Positions 1 to 10,637 of a DNA stretch of 64,000 nucleotides are shown here, piece by piece. The stretch covers positions 384,001 through 448,000 of the forward strand of contig CAVZDU010000001.1 of the NCBI GenBank assembly GCA_963774265.1, written 5' to 3'. Positions within the stretch are counted from its first letter, which is position 1. Each line of letters begins with the position of its first letter. This DNA is from an uncultured Chloroflexia bacterium (GTDB lineage Bacteria > Chloroflexota > Anaerolineae > CG2-30-64-16). The translations under genes and the position numbers were made by a program. Under the pieces are notes generated by a model that searched no databases, was not told the DNA's origin, and saw only the letters and a program-made list of their open reading frames with translations.

Positions 1-245
1 CCATCGCCGCGCGCTACTTTGGTATCGGCCTGTCCAGCGTGGTCCAAATGTTCAACCCTGACCGGATTGTTATCGGTGGAGGGTTGGCGCATGTCAAGCA
101 CTGGTTAGTTGAACCGGGCTTGGTTGCGCTGCGGGAAAATGTTCATCCCGTGTTGCACAACTCAGCCGAGATCGTCTTCTCCCAACTATGGGAGGACGCG
201 GGCATAATCGGCGCGGCGTCCCTGGTGTGGGAAGTTAAGGTATGA
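1..245 (+). CDS. ROK family protein (sugar kinase or IolR-like regulator), 3' part only
   Basis: C-terminal ROK motifs NPDRIVIGGG and DAGIIGAA; truncated by window edge; precedes sugar ABC genes. Confidence 0.8.
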   Translation, partial: IAARYFGIGLSSVVQMFNPDRIVIGGGLAHVKHWLVEPGLVALRENVHPVLHNSAEIVFSQLWEDAGIIGAASLVWEVKV

Positions 246-321
246 GGCGCACGCCTTTACAGGCGTACGCACCTTTGCAGGGGAGAGTCAACCGTCACGT
301 CAGCGGAGCAAAGGAGCTGTC

Positions 322-1107
322 ATGAGTGAGGCAACACCCGTTATCGAGGCGCGCGGCATCTGTAAGTATTTCGGGGCCATCACCGCGTTGGAGGATGTCA
401 ACCTCCGGCTCATGAAGGGCGAAGTGCTGGGGGTCGTCGGCGATAACGGCGCCGGCAAAAGCACGTTGATGAAAGTGCTGGCGGGCATGTATCCACCCAA
501 CAAAGGCGAACTGCTGGTTCAGGGAGAGTCGCTGCACTTCCGCAGTCCCCGCGATGCGCGCGACCGCGGCATTGAGATGGTATATCAGGATCTCGCACTG
601 GCAGGCAACATGCGGATTCACGAGAACATCTTCCTGGGCCGCGAACACACCCGCAATGTACTCGGGTTCATTCCCCTGGTCAATCACAAATTGAATGCGG
701 TGGCCGCGCAAGAACACCTGGATCGGCTCAAAATTCAGGTCAAGAGCGTGAACCAGCGAGTGGAGGAGCTATCGGGCGGACAGCGCCAGGCCGTCGCCAT
801 CGCGCGCGCCACCGCGTTCGACGCACATGTAGTCATCATGGACGAGCCGACGGCGGCGTTGGCCATCAAAGAGGTCAGCAAAGTGCTCGACCTGATCAAG
901 GACCTAAGGGATAACGGCATCGGCGTTATCCTGATCAGCCATCGTTTGGACGACATTTTCTATGTCTGCGACCGGATCATGGTGCTGTTCCATGGGCACA
1001 ACTTCGCCGAAGCACCTCTGAGTAAGACCGACCGCAATGAAGTTATCGGCTGGATCATGGGCAACAAGCGCAAGGATAACGGACCCGCAAGCACCGACCT
1101 GCATTGA
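322..1107 (+). CDS. Sugar ABC transporter ATP-binding protein (single domain)
   Basis: Walker A GDNGAGKST, LSGGQRQ signature, Walker B VIMDEP, ISH; RBS aaggag. Confidence 0.95.
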   Translation: MSEATPVIEARGICKYFGAITALEDVNLRLMKGEVLGVVGDNGAGKSTLMKVLAGMYPPNKGELLVQGESLHFRSPRDARDRGIEMVYQDLALAGNMRIHENIFLGREHTRNVLGFIPLVNHKLNAVAAQEHLDRLKIQVKSVNQRVEELSGGQRQAVAIARATAFDAHVVIMDEPTAALAIKEVSKVLDLIKDLRDNGIGVILISHRLDDIFYVCDRIMVLFHGHNFAEAPLSKTDRNEVIGWIMGNKRKDNGPASTDLH

Positions 1108-1141
1108 TGCACGCGCATTCCAAAGGATAGAGGGCAATCCC

Positions 1142-2158
1142 ATGACAGACTCACCTATCTCGCAATCGGAAACCGCCCGCCAAGAAAGCTTGCGCATCAA
1201 ATTAATACCCTTCATTGATCGCTACGGCGTGCTGCTGCTCGTAATGGCGATGGGAGCGGTGTCCTACCTGCTTGAACCCGAAGTGTTCCTGACGTGGGGC
1301 AATATCAGCAACATTTTCCGCCAGATTGCATTCAACGCCATGCTTGCGCTTGGCGAGTTTCTTGTGATCCTGACGGCAGGCATTGACCTGTCCGTCGGCT
1401 CAGTGCTGGCGCTAGCGATGATGTCCACCGCCGTATTGGGGCGAGATGGTTATCCGACACCGGTCCTGCTCGTGACACCCCTTCTCGTCGGCATGGCCTG
1501 CGGAATCGTCAACGGGCTGGGCCTGACCAAGCTCAGGCTGCCCCACCCGTTCATCATGACGCTGGGCATGCTCAACATTGCCCGCGGCGTGACGAATCTG
1601 ATTTCGGGCGGCGTGCCGATCAGCGGCCTGTCTGAGCCGGTGCGCTGGATGGGCGCGAGCAATATCACCATCGCGAACGTGGAAATTCCAGTGAGTCTGC
1701 TGGTGATCGTGGTGGCTTATGCGCTGGTTGGAGTCTTTTTGCATTACACGCGCACAGGCCGGCATATCTATGCTATCGGCGGCAATCCGCAGGCCGCGCG
1801 CGTGAGCGGCATTAACGTGGATCGCACGTTGGTGCTGGTGTACGGCCTGTGCGGTATGCTGGCCGGTTTCTCCGGTCTGTTGTTGGCCGGGCGCACCGGC
1901 TCGGGTTTTCCCAACGCGGGCCTGGGCCAGGAACTGGACGCGATCTCGGCCGTCATCATCGGCGGCGCGAGCTTTTTTGGGGGGCGCGGCTCAGTGTTGG
2001 GCGTGTTTGCAGGCGCGCTGATCATCGGCCTGCTACGTAACATCTTGAACTTGCAGAATGTGCAGGTCTTCTGGCAGCAGGTGTTCATCGGCGTGGTGAT
2101 CATCGGCGTGGTGTATTTTGACGTGCTGCGCCGCCGCGCCGGTTCGACGAACGCCTAG
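1142..2158 (+). CDS. Sugar ABC transporter permease (RbsC-like)
   Basis: GIDLSVGS, GRHIYAIGGNPQAARVSGI, ELDAISAVIIGGAS motifs; hydrophobic; ATG 1142 after gaggg. Confidence 0.93.
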   Translation: MTDSPISQSETARQESLRIKLIPFIDRYGVLLLVMAMGAVSYLLEPEVFLTWGNISNIFRQIAFNAMLALGEFLVILTAGIDLSVGSVLALAMMSTAVLGRDGYPTPVLLVTPLLVGMACGIVNGLGLTKLRLPHPFIMTLGMLNIARGVTNLISGGVPISGLSEPVRWMGASNITIANVEIPVSLLVIVVAYALVGVFLHYTRTGRHIYAIGGNPQAARVSGINVDRTLVLVYGLCGMLAGFSGLLLAGRTGSGFPNAGLGQELDAISAVIIGGASFFGGRGSVLGVFAGALIIGLLRNILNLQNVQVFWQQVFIGVVIIGVVYFDVLRRRAGSTNA

Positions 2159-2338
2159 AGCACCGGTCAAGGTGTCCCGGAACGATTGTGACCCGGCCCG
2201 TTCAATCGGTGACGCAATGACAGGAGGTGATGTATGTAGGAGGAGATGCGGTGCCCGCATCCAGCAAGTTGCTCGACTCTCGGAGCTGCACTGGCAGCCC
2301 ATATCTGAATCAGGTCACTCACCTAACAAGGAGGAACT

Positions 2339-5114
2339 ATGAAGGTCTTTAGGCTCGTAAGCCTGTTGATCGTCGCGGCCATCGTCCTGACGTCGTGCGC
2401 CACCCCCACAGCTGCACCGCAACCCACCTCCGCCTCTGCGCCGGCGGCAGCTCAACCGACTACGGCACCGGCTGCGCCAGCAGCAAAGCAGCCCCAGGAC
2501 ATCAAGATCCTGGTGAACATGAAGGGACCTGGCGGCGGCAACCCGTTCTGGGCCGCCGTGGAACAGGGCGCGATCGACGCCGGCAAGGCGCTCGGCGTGC
2601 AGGTGACTGTGATGGCGCCGCCGGCCGAGTCCGACGTGCCCGCGCAGATTGCCCAGATCGAAGACGCACTGACCAAGGGTGTGGACGGCATCGCGCTCGC
2701 ACCGACCGATCCGGCCGCGCTCGCACCGGTCGTGCAGAAGGCACTGGACAAAGGTGTCAAGGTGGTGTTCATTGACACCAAGGGCCAGAACGAAGGCGTC
2801 ACCTTCATCGGCACCAACAACGAAGCCGGCGCCAAGCTGGCCGGCGATTACATGTGCAAGAACCTCAAGTCGGGCGACAAGGTCGCCATCTTGCAGGGCC
2901 TCATCACGCAAAGCACCGGCAAAGCACGCGCCGATGGCTCCAAAGCCGGCCTCTCGGCCTGCGGTCTCAACATCGTCGCTGAAACCCCAGCTGAATGGGA
3001 CACGGCCAAGGCCCAGGCTGCCATGGAAGACATCCTGACCAAGAACCCCGACCTCAAGGGGGTCTTCGGCAGCAACGACAACATGGCGCTCGGTGCCGTC
3101 GAAGCCATCAAGAACGCTAAGCTCACCGGCAAAGTCATGGTGGTCGGCTTCGACGCCAACCCGAACGCGGCGGCGGCGGTGTTGGCGGGCCAGATGAACG
3201 CGACGGTGGCCCAAGCGCCGTCAAACATGGGCAAGTTCGGCGTCGAGAATCTGCTCAAGCTGATCCAGGGTGAGACGATCCCCGGCAACATCGATACCGG
3301 CACGGAACTCGTCACCATCGACAACGCGGCCAAGTATGCACCCGCCGGAGCAGCGCCGGCAGCGGCAACGAAGGATCTCAAGGACATCAAGATCCTGGTG
3401 AACATGAAGGGACCTGGCGGCGGCAACCCATTCTGGGCCGCCGTGGAGCAGGGTGCGAAGGACGCCGGCAAGGCGCTCGGCGTGCAGGTGACTGTGATGG
3501 CGCCGCCGGCCGAGTCCGACGTGCCCGCGCAGATTGCCCAGATCGAAGACGCACTGACCAAGGGTGTGGACGGCATCGCGCTCGCACCGACCGATCCGGC
3601 CGCGCTCGCACCGGTCGTGCAAAAGGCGCTGGACGAGGGTGTCAAGGTGGTGTTTGTTGACACCAAGGGCCAGAACGAAGGCGTCACCTTCATCGGCACC
3701 AACAACGAAGCCGGCGCCAAGCTGGCCGGCGATTACATGTGCAAGAACCTCAAGTCGGGCGATAAGGTCGCCATCTTGCAGGGCCTCATCACGCAAAGCA
3801 CCGGCAAAGCGCGCGCCGATGGCTCCAAAGCCGGCCTCTCGGCCTGCGGTCTCAACATCGTCGCTGAAACCCCAGCTGAATGGGACACGGCCAAGGCCCA
3901 GGCTGCCATGGAAGACATCCTGACCAAGAACCCCGACCTCAAGGGGGTCTTCGGCAGCAACGACAACATGGCGCTCGGTGCCGTCGAAGCCATCAAAAAC
4001 GCCAAGCTCACCGGCAAGATCATGGTGGTCGGCTTCGACGCCAACCCGAATGCGGCGACGGCGGTGCTGGCGGGCCAGATGAACGCGACGGTGGCCCAAG
4101 CGCCGTCAAACATGGGCAAGTTCGGCGTCGAGAATCTGCTCAAGCTGATCCAGGGTGAGACGATCCCCGGCAACATCGATACCGGCACGGAACTCGTCAC
4201 CATCGACAACGCGGCCAAGTATGCACCCGCCGGAGCAGCGCCGGCAGCGGCAACGAAGGCAGCTCAAGGACATCAAGATCCTGGTGAACATGAAGGGACC
4301 TGGCGGCGGCAACCCGTTCTGGGCCGCCGTGGAGCAGGGTGCGAAGGACGCCGGCAAGGCGCTCGGCGTGCAGGTGACTGTGATGGCGCCGCCGGCCGAG
4401 TCCGACGTGCCCGCGCAGATCGCCCAGATCGAAGACGCACTGACCAAGGGTGTGGACGGCATCGCGCTCGCACCGACCGATCCGGCCGCGCTCGCACCGG
4501 TCGTGCAAAAGGCGCTGGACAAGGGTGTCAAGGTGGTGTTTGTTGACACCAAGGGCCAGAACGAAGGCGTCACCTTCATCGGCACCAACAACGAAGCCGG
4601 CGCCAAGCTGGCCGGCGATTACATGTGCAAGAACCTCAAGTCGGGCGACAAGGTCGCCATCTTGCAGGGCCTCATCACGCAAAGCACCGGCAAAGCGCGC
4701 GCCGATGGCTCCAAAGCCGGCCTCTCGGCCTGCGGCCTCAACATCGTCGCTGAAACCCCAGCTGAATGGGACACGGCCAAGGCCCAGGCTGCCATGGAAG
4801 ACATCCTGACCAAGAACCCCGACCTCAAGGGGGTCTTCGCCAGCAACGACAACATGGCGCTCGGTGCAGTCGAAGCCATCAAGAACGCCAAGCTCACCGG
4901 CAAGATCATGGTGGTCGGCTTCGACGCCAACCCGAACGCGGCGGCGGCGGTGCTGGCGGGCCAGATGAACGCGACGGTGGCCCAAGCGCCGTCAAACATG
5001 GGCAAGTTCGGCGTCGAGAATCTGCTCAAGCTGATCCAGGGCGAGACCATCCCCGGCAACATCGACACCGGCACAGAACTCGTCACCATCGACAACGCGG
5101 CCAAGTACAAGTAA
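2339..5114 (+). CDS. Sugar (probably inositol) ABC substrate-binding lipoprotein with three tandem RbsB-like domains; one +1 frameshift near 4259
   Basis: Lipobox LTSC, PAT-rich linker, then three copies of NPFW...GTNN...NDNMALGA...VGFD...IDTG; ORFs 2339..4546 and 4155..5114 join at the copy2/copy3 linker (aaggatctc versus aaggcagctc). Confidence 0.85.
2498..5107 (+). repeat. Tandem direct repeat of about 885 bp x 3 (SBP domain copies)
   Basis: gacatcaagatcctggtgaac starts at 2498, 3383 and 4269 (spacings 885 and 886); copies differ by scattered substitutions only. Confidence 0.95.
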
Positions 5115-5124
5115 TCGGCATCCG

Positions 5125-5171
5125 GGTTCCCAGGTCGCAAAGTGCGTGCCAGCCTTTGCGGCCTGGGAACC
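5125..5171 (+). terminator. Stem-loop after SBP gene (terminator or mRNA stabiliser)
   Basis: GGTTCCCAGGTCGCAAAG ... CTTTGCGGCCTGGGAACC inverted repeat. Confidence 0.65.
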
Positions 5172-5186
5172 GCAATCGAGGCAAAC

Positions 5187-6201
5187 ATGACAGACAGAGT
5201 CAACATCGCCGTCATCGGGACGGGGCGTATGGGCAGCGTCCACACGCGCAACCTGGTGCGCAAAATCCCCGAAGCTAACGTCGCCGCGGTGTGCGACATC
5301 CGACTGGATGTCGCACAGACCCTCGCCGACGAGCTCGGCATCCAACGGGTCGTGGCAGACTATCACGAGTTGCTGGCCGATCCAGATATACCGGCCGTTC
5401 TCATCGCGACGCCGACAGATACCCATACCATGATCATCGAAGACGCGGCTCGAGCGGGCAAGCACATTTTTTCCGAGAAAGCCGCTCTCGCTCGATCTGG
5501 CCAGCATTGACGCGGCGCTGGACGTGGTGGAGCAGGCCGGGGTCAAGTTGCAGGTAGGCTTTAACCGGCGTTTCGATCAGAGCTTCAGGCGCCTCCGAGA
5601 AGTCGTGGCCTCGGGCCAGATTGGCCGGCCCTGCATCTTGCGCATCACCGACCGCGACCCGGAGCCGCCTCCGATTTCCTACATCAAGAACGCCGGCTGT
5701 ATCTTTCTCGACCTGACCATCCACGATTTTGACATGGTGCGTTACCAGATGGGGGATGTGGAAGAAGTCTATGCAACCGGCAATGTCCTGATCAACCCGG
5801 AGATCGGTGAAGTGGACGATATCGATACCGCCGTGGTCACGTTGCGCTTCGCCAACGGCGCGCTCGGTTTGATTGATAACAGCCGCCAGGCCGTGTATGG
5901 CTACGATCAGCGCCTCGAAGTGCTGGGGACAACCGGCGCGGTTATGGCGAATAATCAGACGATAGACACAGTTTCGCAAGCCGACGTTAATGGTTTTCAC
6001 TCATCCGTGCTGCCCCACTTCTTCATGAACCGGTATGCGGAAGCGTATGTGACCGAAGTGCGGGAGTTTATCGAATGTGTTCGGGACGACAAGACGCCAT
6101 CGGTCACCGGGCGTGACGGACGACTCGCGGTGGTGCTTGCCCATGCCGCTATCAGGGCATGGAAAGAAAATCGTCCGGTCAGGTTGAGTGAGATCGGATA
6201 G
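5187..6201 (+). CDS. iolG: Inositol 2-dehydrogenase (Gfo/Idh/MocA family); frameshift near 5475
   Basis: GTGRMG, IATPTDTH, GKHIFSEK, VGFNRRFD, DLTIHDFD, YGYDQRLEV; two ORFs join by one indel; inositol gene context. Confidence 0.85.
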
Positions 6202-6260
6202 GACGGCTCTCCTTTGGACGCCCAGCCCGTCCCTAATCTGCAACCATCAGGAGCTACTTC

Positions 6261-7386
6261 ATGTCAAGCCAAGTGATTCCGCAAGGTCTTCTACCCACCA
6301 ACCTCCCCGACCTCTTCTTCGAGGACAACGCGGTCGGACGGATGAAGAAGGAAGTCTGGGATGCCAGCGACGCCCAGATCGACGCCATCCTGGCCGAGTA
6401 CGGCGTGCCTTCCCCGGTGGAGTGGGGCAAGCCCGGCTCCTATATCCAGACGACAACGCGCTGGCAGGTGGAGGAAAACCGGAAGAAGAACGACATCGTC
6501 TTCATTCCGGTCGGCTGCACTGAGCTGCACGGCCAGCACCTGCCCAGCGCATCCGACACCCTCTACGTCAGCCAGATCTGCGAGGGCGTGCGGCGCTACA
6601 CCGCCAAGCGCGGCGCTGCCGTCAACCTGGCGCTGCCCCCGCTGAACTACGGCGCGCATCCGTACCACCACGTCGGCATGCCCGGCACCGTCATCGTGCG
6701 CGAGCACGTCGTGCGCGAGATGATGATCGACGTGATGCTCGGCCTGTGGAACGACGGCTTCCGCAAGCAGCTCATCGTCAACAACCACGGCCAGTTGTGG
6801 GTGCTGGAGTCGGCGGTGCAGGAGTTCCAGAAGCGCTACCAGCTTCCCGGCATCTTCCGGGTGATCGACTGGCACCGCGGCGTGCGCGAGTTCTTCCGCG
6901 CCACCGACCGGGGCGGCCGGCTGGACACCAACTTCGTCCACGCCGACGAATCGGAGACCTCGCTGGGCCTGCTGCTGCACCCCGACATGGTGGACATGAA
7001 GTACGCCGTCGACACCGAGGGCAAGAGCTATCTGCCCGACGGCCACTTCGACAAGTCGGTGGATCCCTTCGGCCGGCCGTCCCGCTGGTCGGAAGGCGAA
7101 GGCCACTTCGCCATCGAGATCGCGGCCACGCCGGAGGGTGTGGTGGGCAAGTCCACGCACGGCGCGGCCGAGAAGGCCAAGCGTCCCGATGGCGGCCATC
7201 CTGAAGTACCTGACGCTGTGGAACGACCACGTGCTCGAGGCCTTCCCGCCGGGCAAGGTGCCGCCGGTGGAGGAAGTCACGTTGCGCACCGAGCGGGACA
7301 TGGAGCCCTACCTGCGCGAGCCGCTGAGCGAGGGCTGGAAGCCGGTCTACGCGCTGCCGCGGATCGGGCAGGGGACAGAGGTCTGA
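6261..7386 (+). CDS. iolN: Creatininase-family hydrolase, 3-dehydro-scyllo-inosose hydrolase-like; frameshift near 7186
   Basis: IPVGCTELHG.HLP..SD, NNHG, HADESETS creatininase motifs; adjacent to IolM/IolO-like genes as in the Thermotoga pathway. Confidence 0.75.
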
Positions 7387-7415
7387 ACTCAGTCCAAGGT
7401 GGAACTTGCAGGCAT

Positions 7416-7444
7416 ACCTCCAAGGTCTCGGAGACCTCGAAGGT
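7416..7444. repeat. Intergenic palindrome (ACCTnnnAGGT family)
   Basis: ACCTCCAAGGTCTC-G-GAGACCTCGAAGGT; related to 41091..41124. Confidence 0.55.
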
Positions 7445-7505
7445 TTGTGTAGGCAGGTTCCATCTTGGAATCAATATAGGGCCGACTAGGCGAGGAGACA
7501 ACAGC

Positions 7506-8704
7506 ATGAAGGGCAAGATGCAGGGCGTGACCCTGGTTGCGGATTGGGCGCCCAAGCCGGGTTTCACACTCGGCGCGAAGGACATCGAAGGTCGCCAGAC
7601 CTATCTGGGCAGCCAGGTATGGAAGAACCCACGGATCGAGATGCGAGAGTACGACATCCCCATCACCGGGTCCGGAAGAAGTGCTGCTGGAGGTCAAGGC
7701 GTGCGGCATCTGCGGCTCGGATGTCCACATGGCCCAGGCGGAGCAGGACGGCTACATCTTCTACCCCGGGCTGACGGGCTTTCCCTGCATTCTCGGGCAC
7801 GAGTTCTCGGGCGTGGTCGTCGAAGCGGGCAAGAATGCGTTCGACAAGCGAACGAACAAGCCCTTCAAGGGCGGCGAGCCGGTCACGTCGGAGGAGATGC
7901 TGTGGTGTGCGCAATGCCGTCCGTGCGCCGACGGGCAGCCCAACCACTGCGAGCGGCTGGACGAAGTGGGCTTCAACGTCAACGGCGCGTATGCCAAGTA
8001 CATGGTGCTGCCGTCGCGCACGCTCTGGAGCCTGGAGCCGCTGAAGAAGGTCTACAAGGGCGACGACCTCTTCATCGCCGGCAGCCTGGTGGAACCCACC
8101 AGCGTGGCCTACAACGCCGTGATCGAGCGCGGCGGCGGCATCCGCCCGGGCGACCGCGTCGTCATCCTGGGCGGCGGGCCGATCGGCCTGGCGGCCTGCG
8201 CCATCCTCAAGCGAGCCGGAGCATCCCAGGTCATCATCTCCGAGCCGCAGGAAGAGCGCACCCGGCTGGCGCTGCAGATCGGCGCGGACTACGCCATCAA
8301 CCCGCTCAAGGAGGACTTCGCCGAGCGCGTGCTGGAGATCACCGAGGGCATGGGCGCCGATCTGTTCATGGAGGCCACCGGCCTGCCGACGGTGGTCTAT
8401 CCCGGCATCGAGCGCGTCATCTGGGAGGGCCGGACGCTGAACAGCCGCGTGGTGGTGACGGCCCGCGCCGAGGCCAAGATGCCGGTGACCGGCGAGGTGC
8501 TGCAGGTGCGCCGCGCCAGCATCATCGGCGCGCAGGGCCATTCGGGGCACGGCAACTTCCCGCGCGTGATCGAGTGCATGGCCACCGGCATGGACATGAC
8601 GCGCATCAGCACCAAGAAGATCACGCCTGGAGGAGGTGCCGGAGAACATCATCAAGCTGCAGACCGATCGCAGCGAGTGCAAGATCACGTACGTGGCAAG
8701 CTGA
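7506..8704 (+). CDS. iolM: Zinc-dependent alcohol dehydrogenase, scyllo-inosose 3-dehydrogenase-like; frameshifts near 7667 and 8626
   Basis: CGICGSDVH, GHEFSG, CAQCRPC..G..NHC, GGGPIG; start MKGKMQ after aggag; restored C-terminus LEEVPENIIKLQTDRSECKITYVAS-stop. Confidence 0.75.
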
Positions 8705-8901
8705 AAACCAGCAGTCTTGAGATGGCCCTGCGTCGCAGGTGTTCGCAGGGCCAGGTCGGGAGAGCGATGAAGATCCAGTTTCTCGGCACCGGCACCGGCC
8801 TGCCCAGCCGTGGTGGCTGGGCTGATGAACGAGGACGGGGAATGAATAGAGAGAGGCAAGAGATCGGAAACAGGATCGCCCAGGGCGGTCGCCCAGGGCG
8901 A

Positions 8902-9717
8902 ATGAGTGTCGTACTGTCCACGCAGCCGGCCCGTTTTGAGGCGGTGGCGTTCAAAGGGGATTTCGAGGCCAACCTGGCGCGCATCGCAGGATATGGTTAC
9001 GAGGGCGTCGAGCTGGCCGTACGCGAGCCGGCACTCCTGGACGCCGACGACGTGTGGGCGAAAGTGACCGCCGTCGGGCTGACGGTGCCGGCCATCGGCA
9101 CCGGACAGGCCTGGGGCGAGGAGGGGCTGTCCTTCACCGATCCCTCGGCCGAGGTGCGCGCCGCTGCGATCGCACGGGCCAAGAGCCACATTCCGTTGGC
9201 CGAGCACCTGGGCGCCACAATCATCATCGGCCTGCTCCGCGGCATCTTGCGGCCGGGAGTTGGTCGCGACCAGGCCATGGCCTGGCTGGTGGCCGCACTC
9301 GAGGAGTGCTGCGACGCGGCAAAGGGCGCAGGCGTACGCCTGGCCCTGGAGCCGATCAACCGCTACGAGACGACGCTCATCAACACGGTTGCCCAAGGCA
9401 TGGCGCTGCTCGAGGCCGTGGGCGCGACCAACCTGGGCCTGCTGCTGGACACCTTCCACATGAACATCGAAGAGCCGATCATCGAAAACAGCATCCAGCA
9501 AGCGGGCGACCACATCTTCCACTTTCATGTGGCAGACTCAAACCGCTGGCATCCGGGCGCGGGGCATCTGGACTTCGCAACGATGCTCACGTCGTTGTTC
9601 GGCACGGGCTACACCGGCTTCGTCAGCGGGGAGTTCTTGCCGATGCCGGATGCAGAAACGGCAGCGCTACGAGGGATTAAACATCTGCGCGGCCTGACAG
9701 AATCAGGCCATCCTTAG
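8902..9717 (+). CDS. iolO: Sugar phosphate isomerase/epimerase (TIM barrel), 5-keto-L-gluconate epimerase-like
   Basis: [48 protein letters not shown] closely match recalled Thermotoga TM0416; start uncertain (8767, 8842 or 8902). Confidence 0.75.
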   Translation: MSVVLSTQPARFEAVAFKGDFEANLARIAGYGYEGVELAVREPALLDADDVWAKVTAVGLTVPAIGTGQAWGEEGLSFTDPSAEVRAAAIARAKSHIPLAEHLGATIIIGLLRGILRPGVGRDQAMAWLVAALEECCDAAKGAGVRLALEPINRYETTLINTVAQGMALLEAVGATNLGLLLDTFHMNIEEPIIENSIQQAGDHIFHFHVADSNRWHPGAGHLDFATMLTSLFGTGYTGFVSGEFLPMPDAETAALRGIKHLRGLTESGHP

Positions 9718-9740
9718 ACGTCACACCTTCAGGAGGGGCA

Positions 9741-10577
9741 GTGCTGCTTGGCTTTCACGGCGCTACCACGATGACCAGCGACCTGGAGACAGATGTCGCC
9801 GCGACCCGGCGGGCAGGGTTCACGGCATTGGAACTCTGGGCATCCAAGATCGACCGGTATCTGGCCACGCATTCTATCGCGGAACTGCGGGGCTTACTTG
9901 AGAGCAACGGCATCGCGCCGATGAGCATCAACTCGATCGAGTTCATCGCGTTTCGCAGCGATGACGAATATCGCGGGATCAAGGAGCGCTGCAAGCAGCT
10001 ATCCGAAATCTGCGAGCAGATCGGCTGTCCGGTCGTGGTGGTCGTTCCCAGCCCCACCCCCGATCGCAACGTGCCGTGGGATGATGTGGTGGCGGAGTAC
10101 GTGAAGGTGCTTCGGGAGTTGGCGGATATCGCTGCGCCGCATGGTGTGGGGCTTTCCTTCGAGTTCCTGGGCTTCGGTTGGTGCACGGTTCGGACGCCGC
10201 GCGCCGCGTGGGAAATAGTCAAGAAGACCGGCCGCGCCAACGTCGGCATCACGGTCGACTGCGCTCATTTTTATGGAGGCGGCGGCCTGATGACAGAGCT
10301 CGACGATCTCGACCCCTCCCGCATCTTCGTGTTCCATCTCGACGACCTCGAAGACACACCGAAAGAGGCGATCAGCGATGCCACCCGCCTGCTGCCAGGC
10401 CTGGGCGTCATCCCGCTCGACGAAATTTGCCGGCACATGAAGGCCAATGGCTACGATGGGGCCTGCTCCATCGAACTGTTCCGCCCCGAGTATTGGGAGT
10501 GGAATGCAACCGACCTCGCCGTGAAGGCGCGAGAGGCGGCCCTGCAGGTGCTATCACCGCACTTCGCCGTGGAGTAA
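9741..10577 (+). CDS. iolI: Inosose isomerase-like TIM-barrel protein
   Basis: [38 protein letters not shown] resemble Bacillus IolI; GTG start with RBS aggagg. Confidence 0.7.
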   Translation: MLLGFHGATTMTSDLETDVAATRRAGFTALELWASKIDRYLATHSIAELRGLLESNGIAPMSINSIEFIAFRSDDEYRGIKERCKQLSEICEQIGCPVVVVVPSPTPDRNVPWDDVVAEYVKVLRELADIAAPHGVGLSFEFLGFGWCTVRTPRAAWEIVKKTGRANVGITVDCAHFYGGGGLMTELDDLDPSRIFVFHLDDLEDTPKEAISDATRLLPGLGVIPLDEICRHMKANGYDGACSIELFRPEYWEWNATDLAVKAREAALQVLSPHFAVE

Positions 10578-10599
10578 CCGGGGTCTGGCCATGAAGCAA

Positions 10600-10619
10600 G
10601 CCCCACCTCGCGGTGGGGC
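10600..10619. terminator. Hairpin between convergent genes
   Basis: GCCCCACC-TCGC-GGTGGGGC. Confidence 0.55.
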
Positions 10620-10637
10620 CCGGCGTGAGATCTCCTT

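Noticed and set aside
7663-9528. Long antisense ORFs (also 44874..46316, 48760..49947, 57131..58483 and many others)
   Set aside because: Shadow frames of high-GC coding genes with no recognisable motifs
6261-9717. Long ORFs 6261..8720 and 7537..9717 suggesting IolN-X and IolM-IolO fusions
   Set aside because: Single-base indels near 7186 and 8626 shift past the natural stops; corrected frames give normal C-termini at 7386 and 8704
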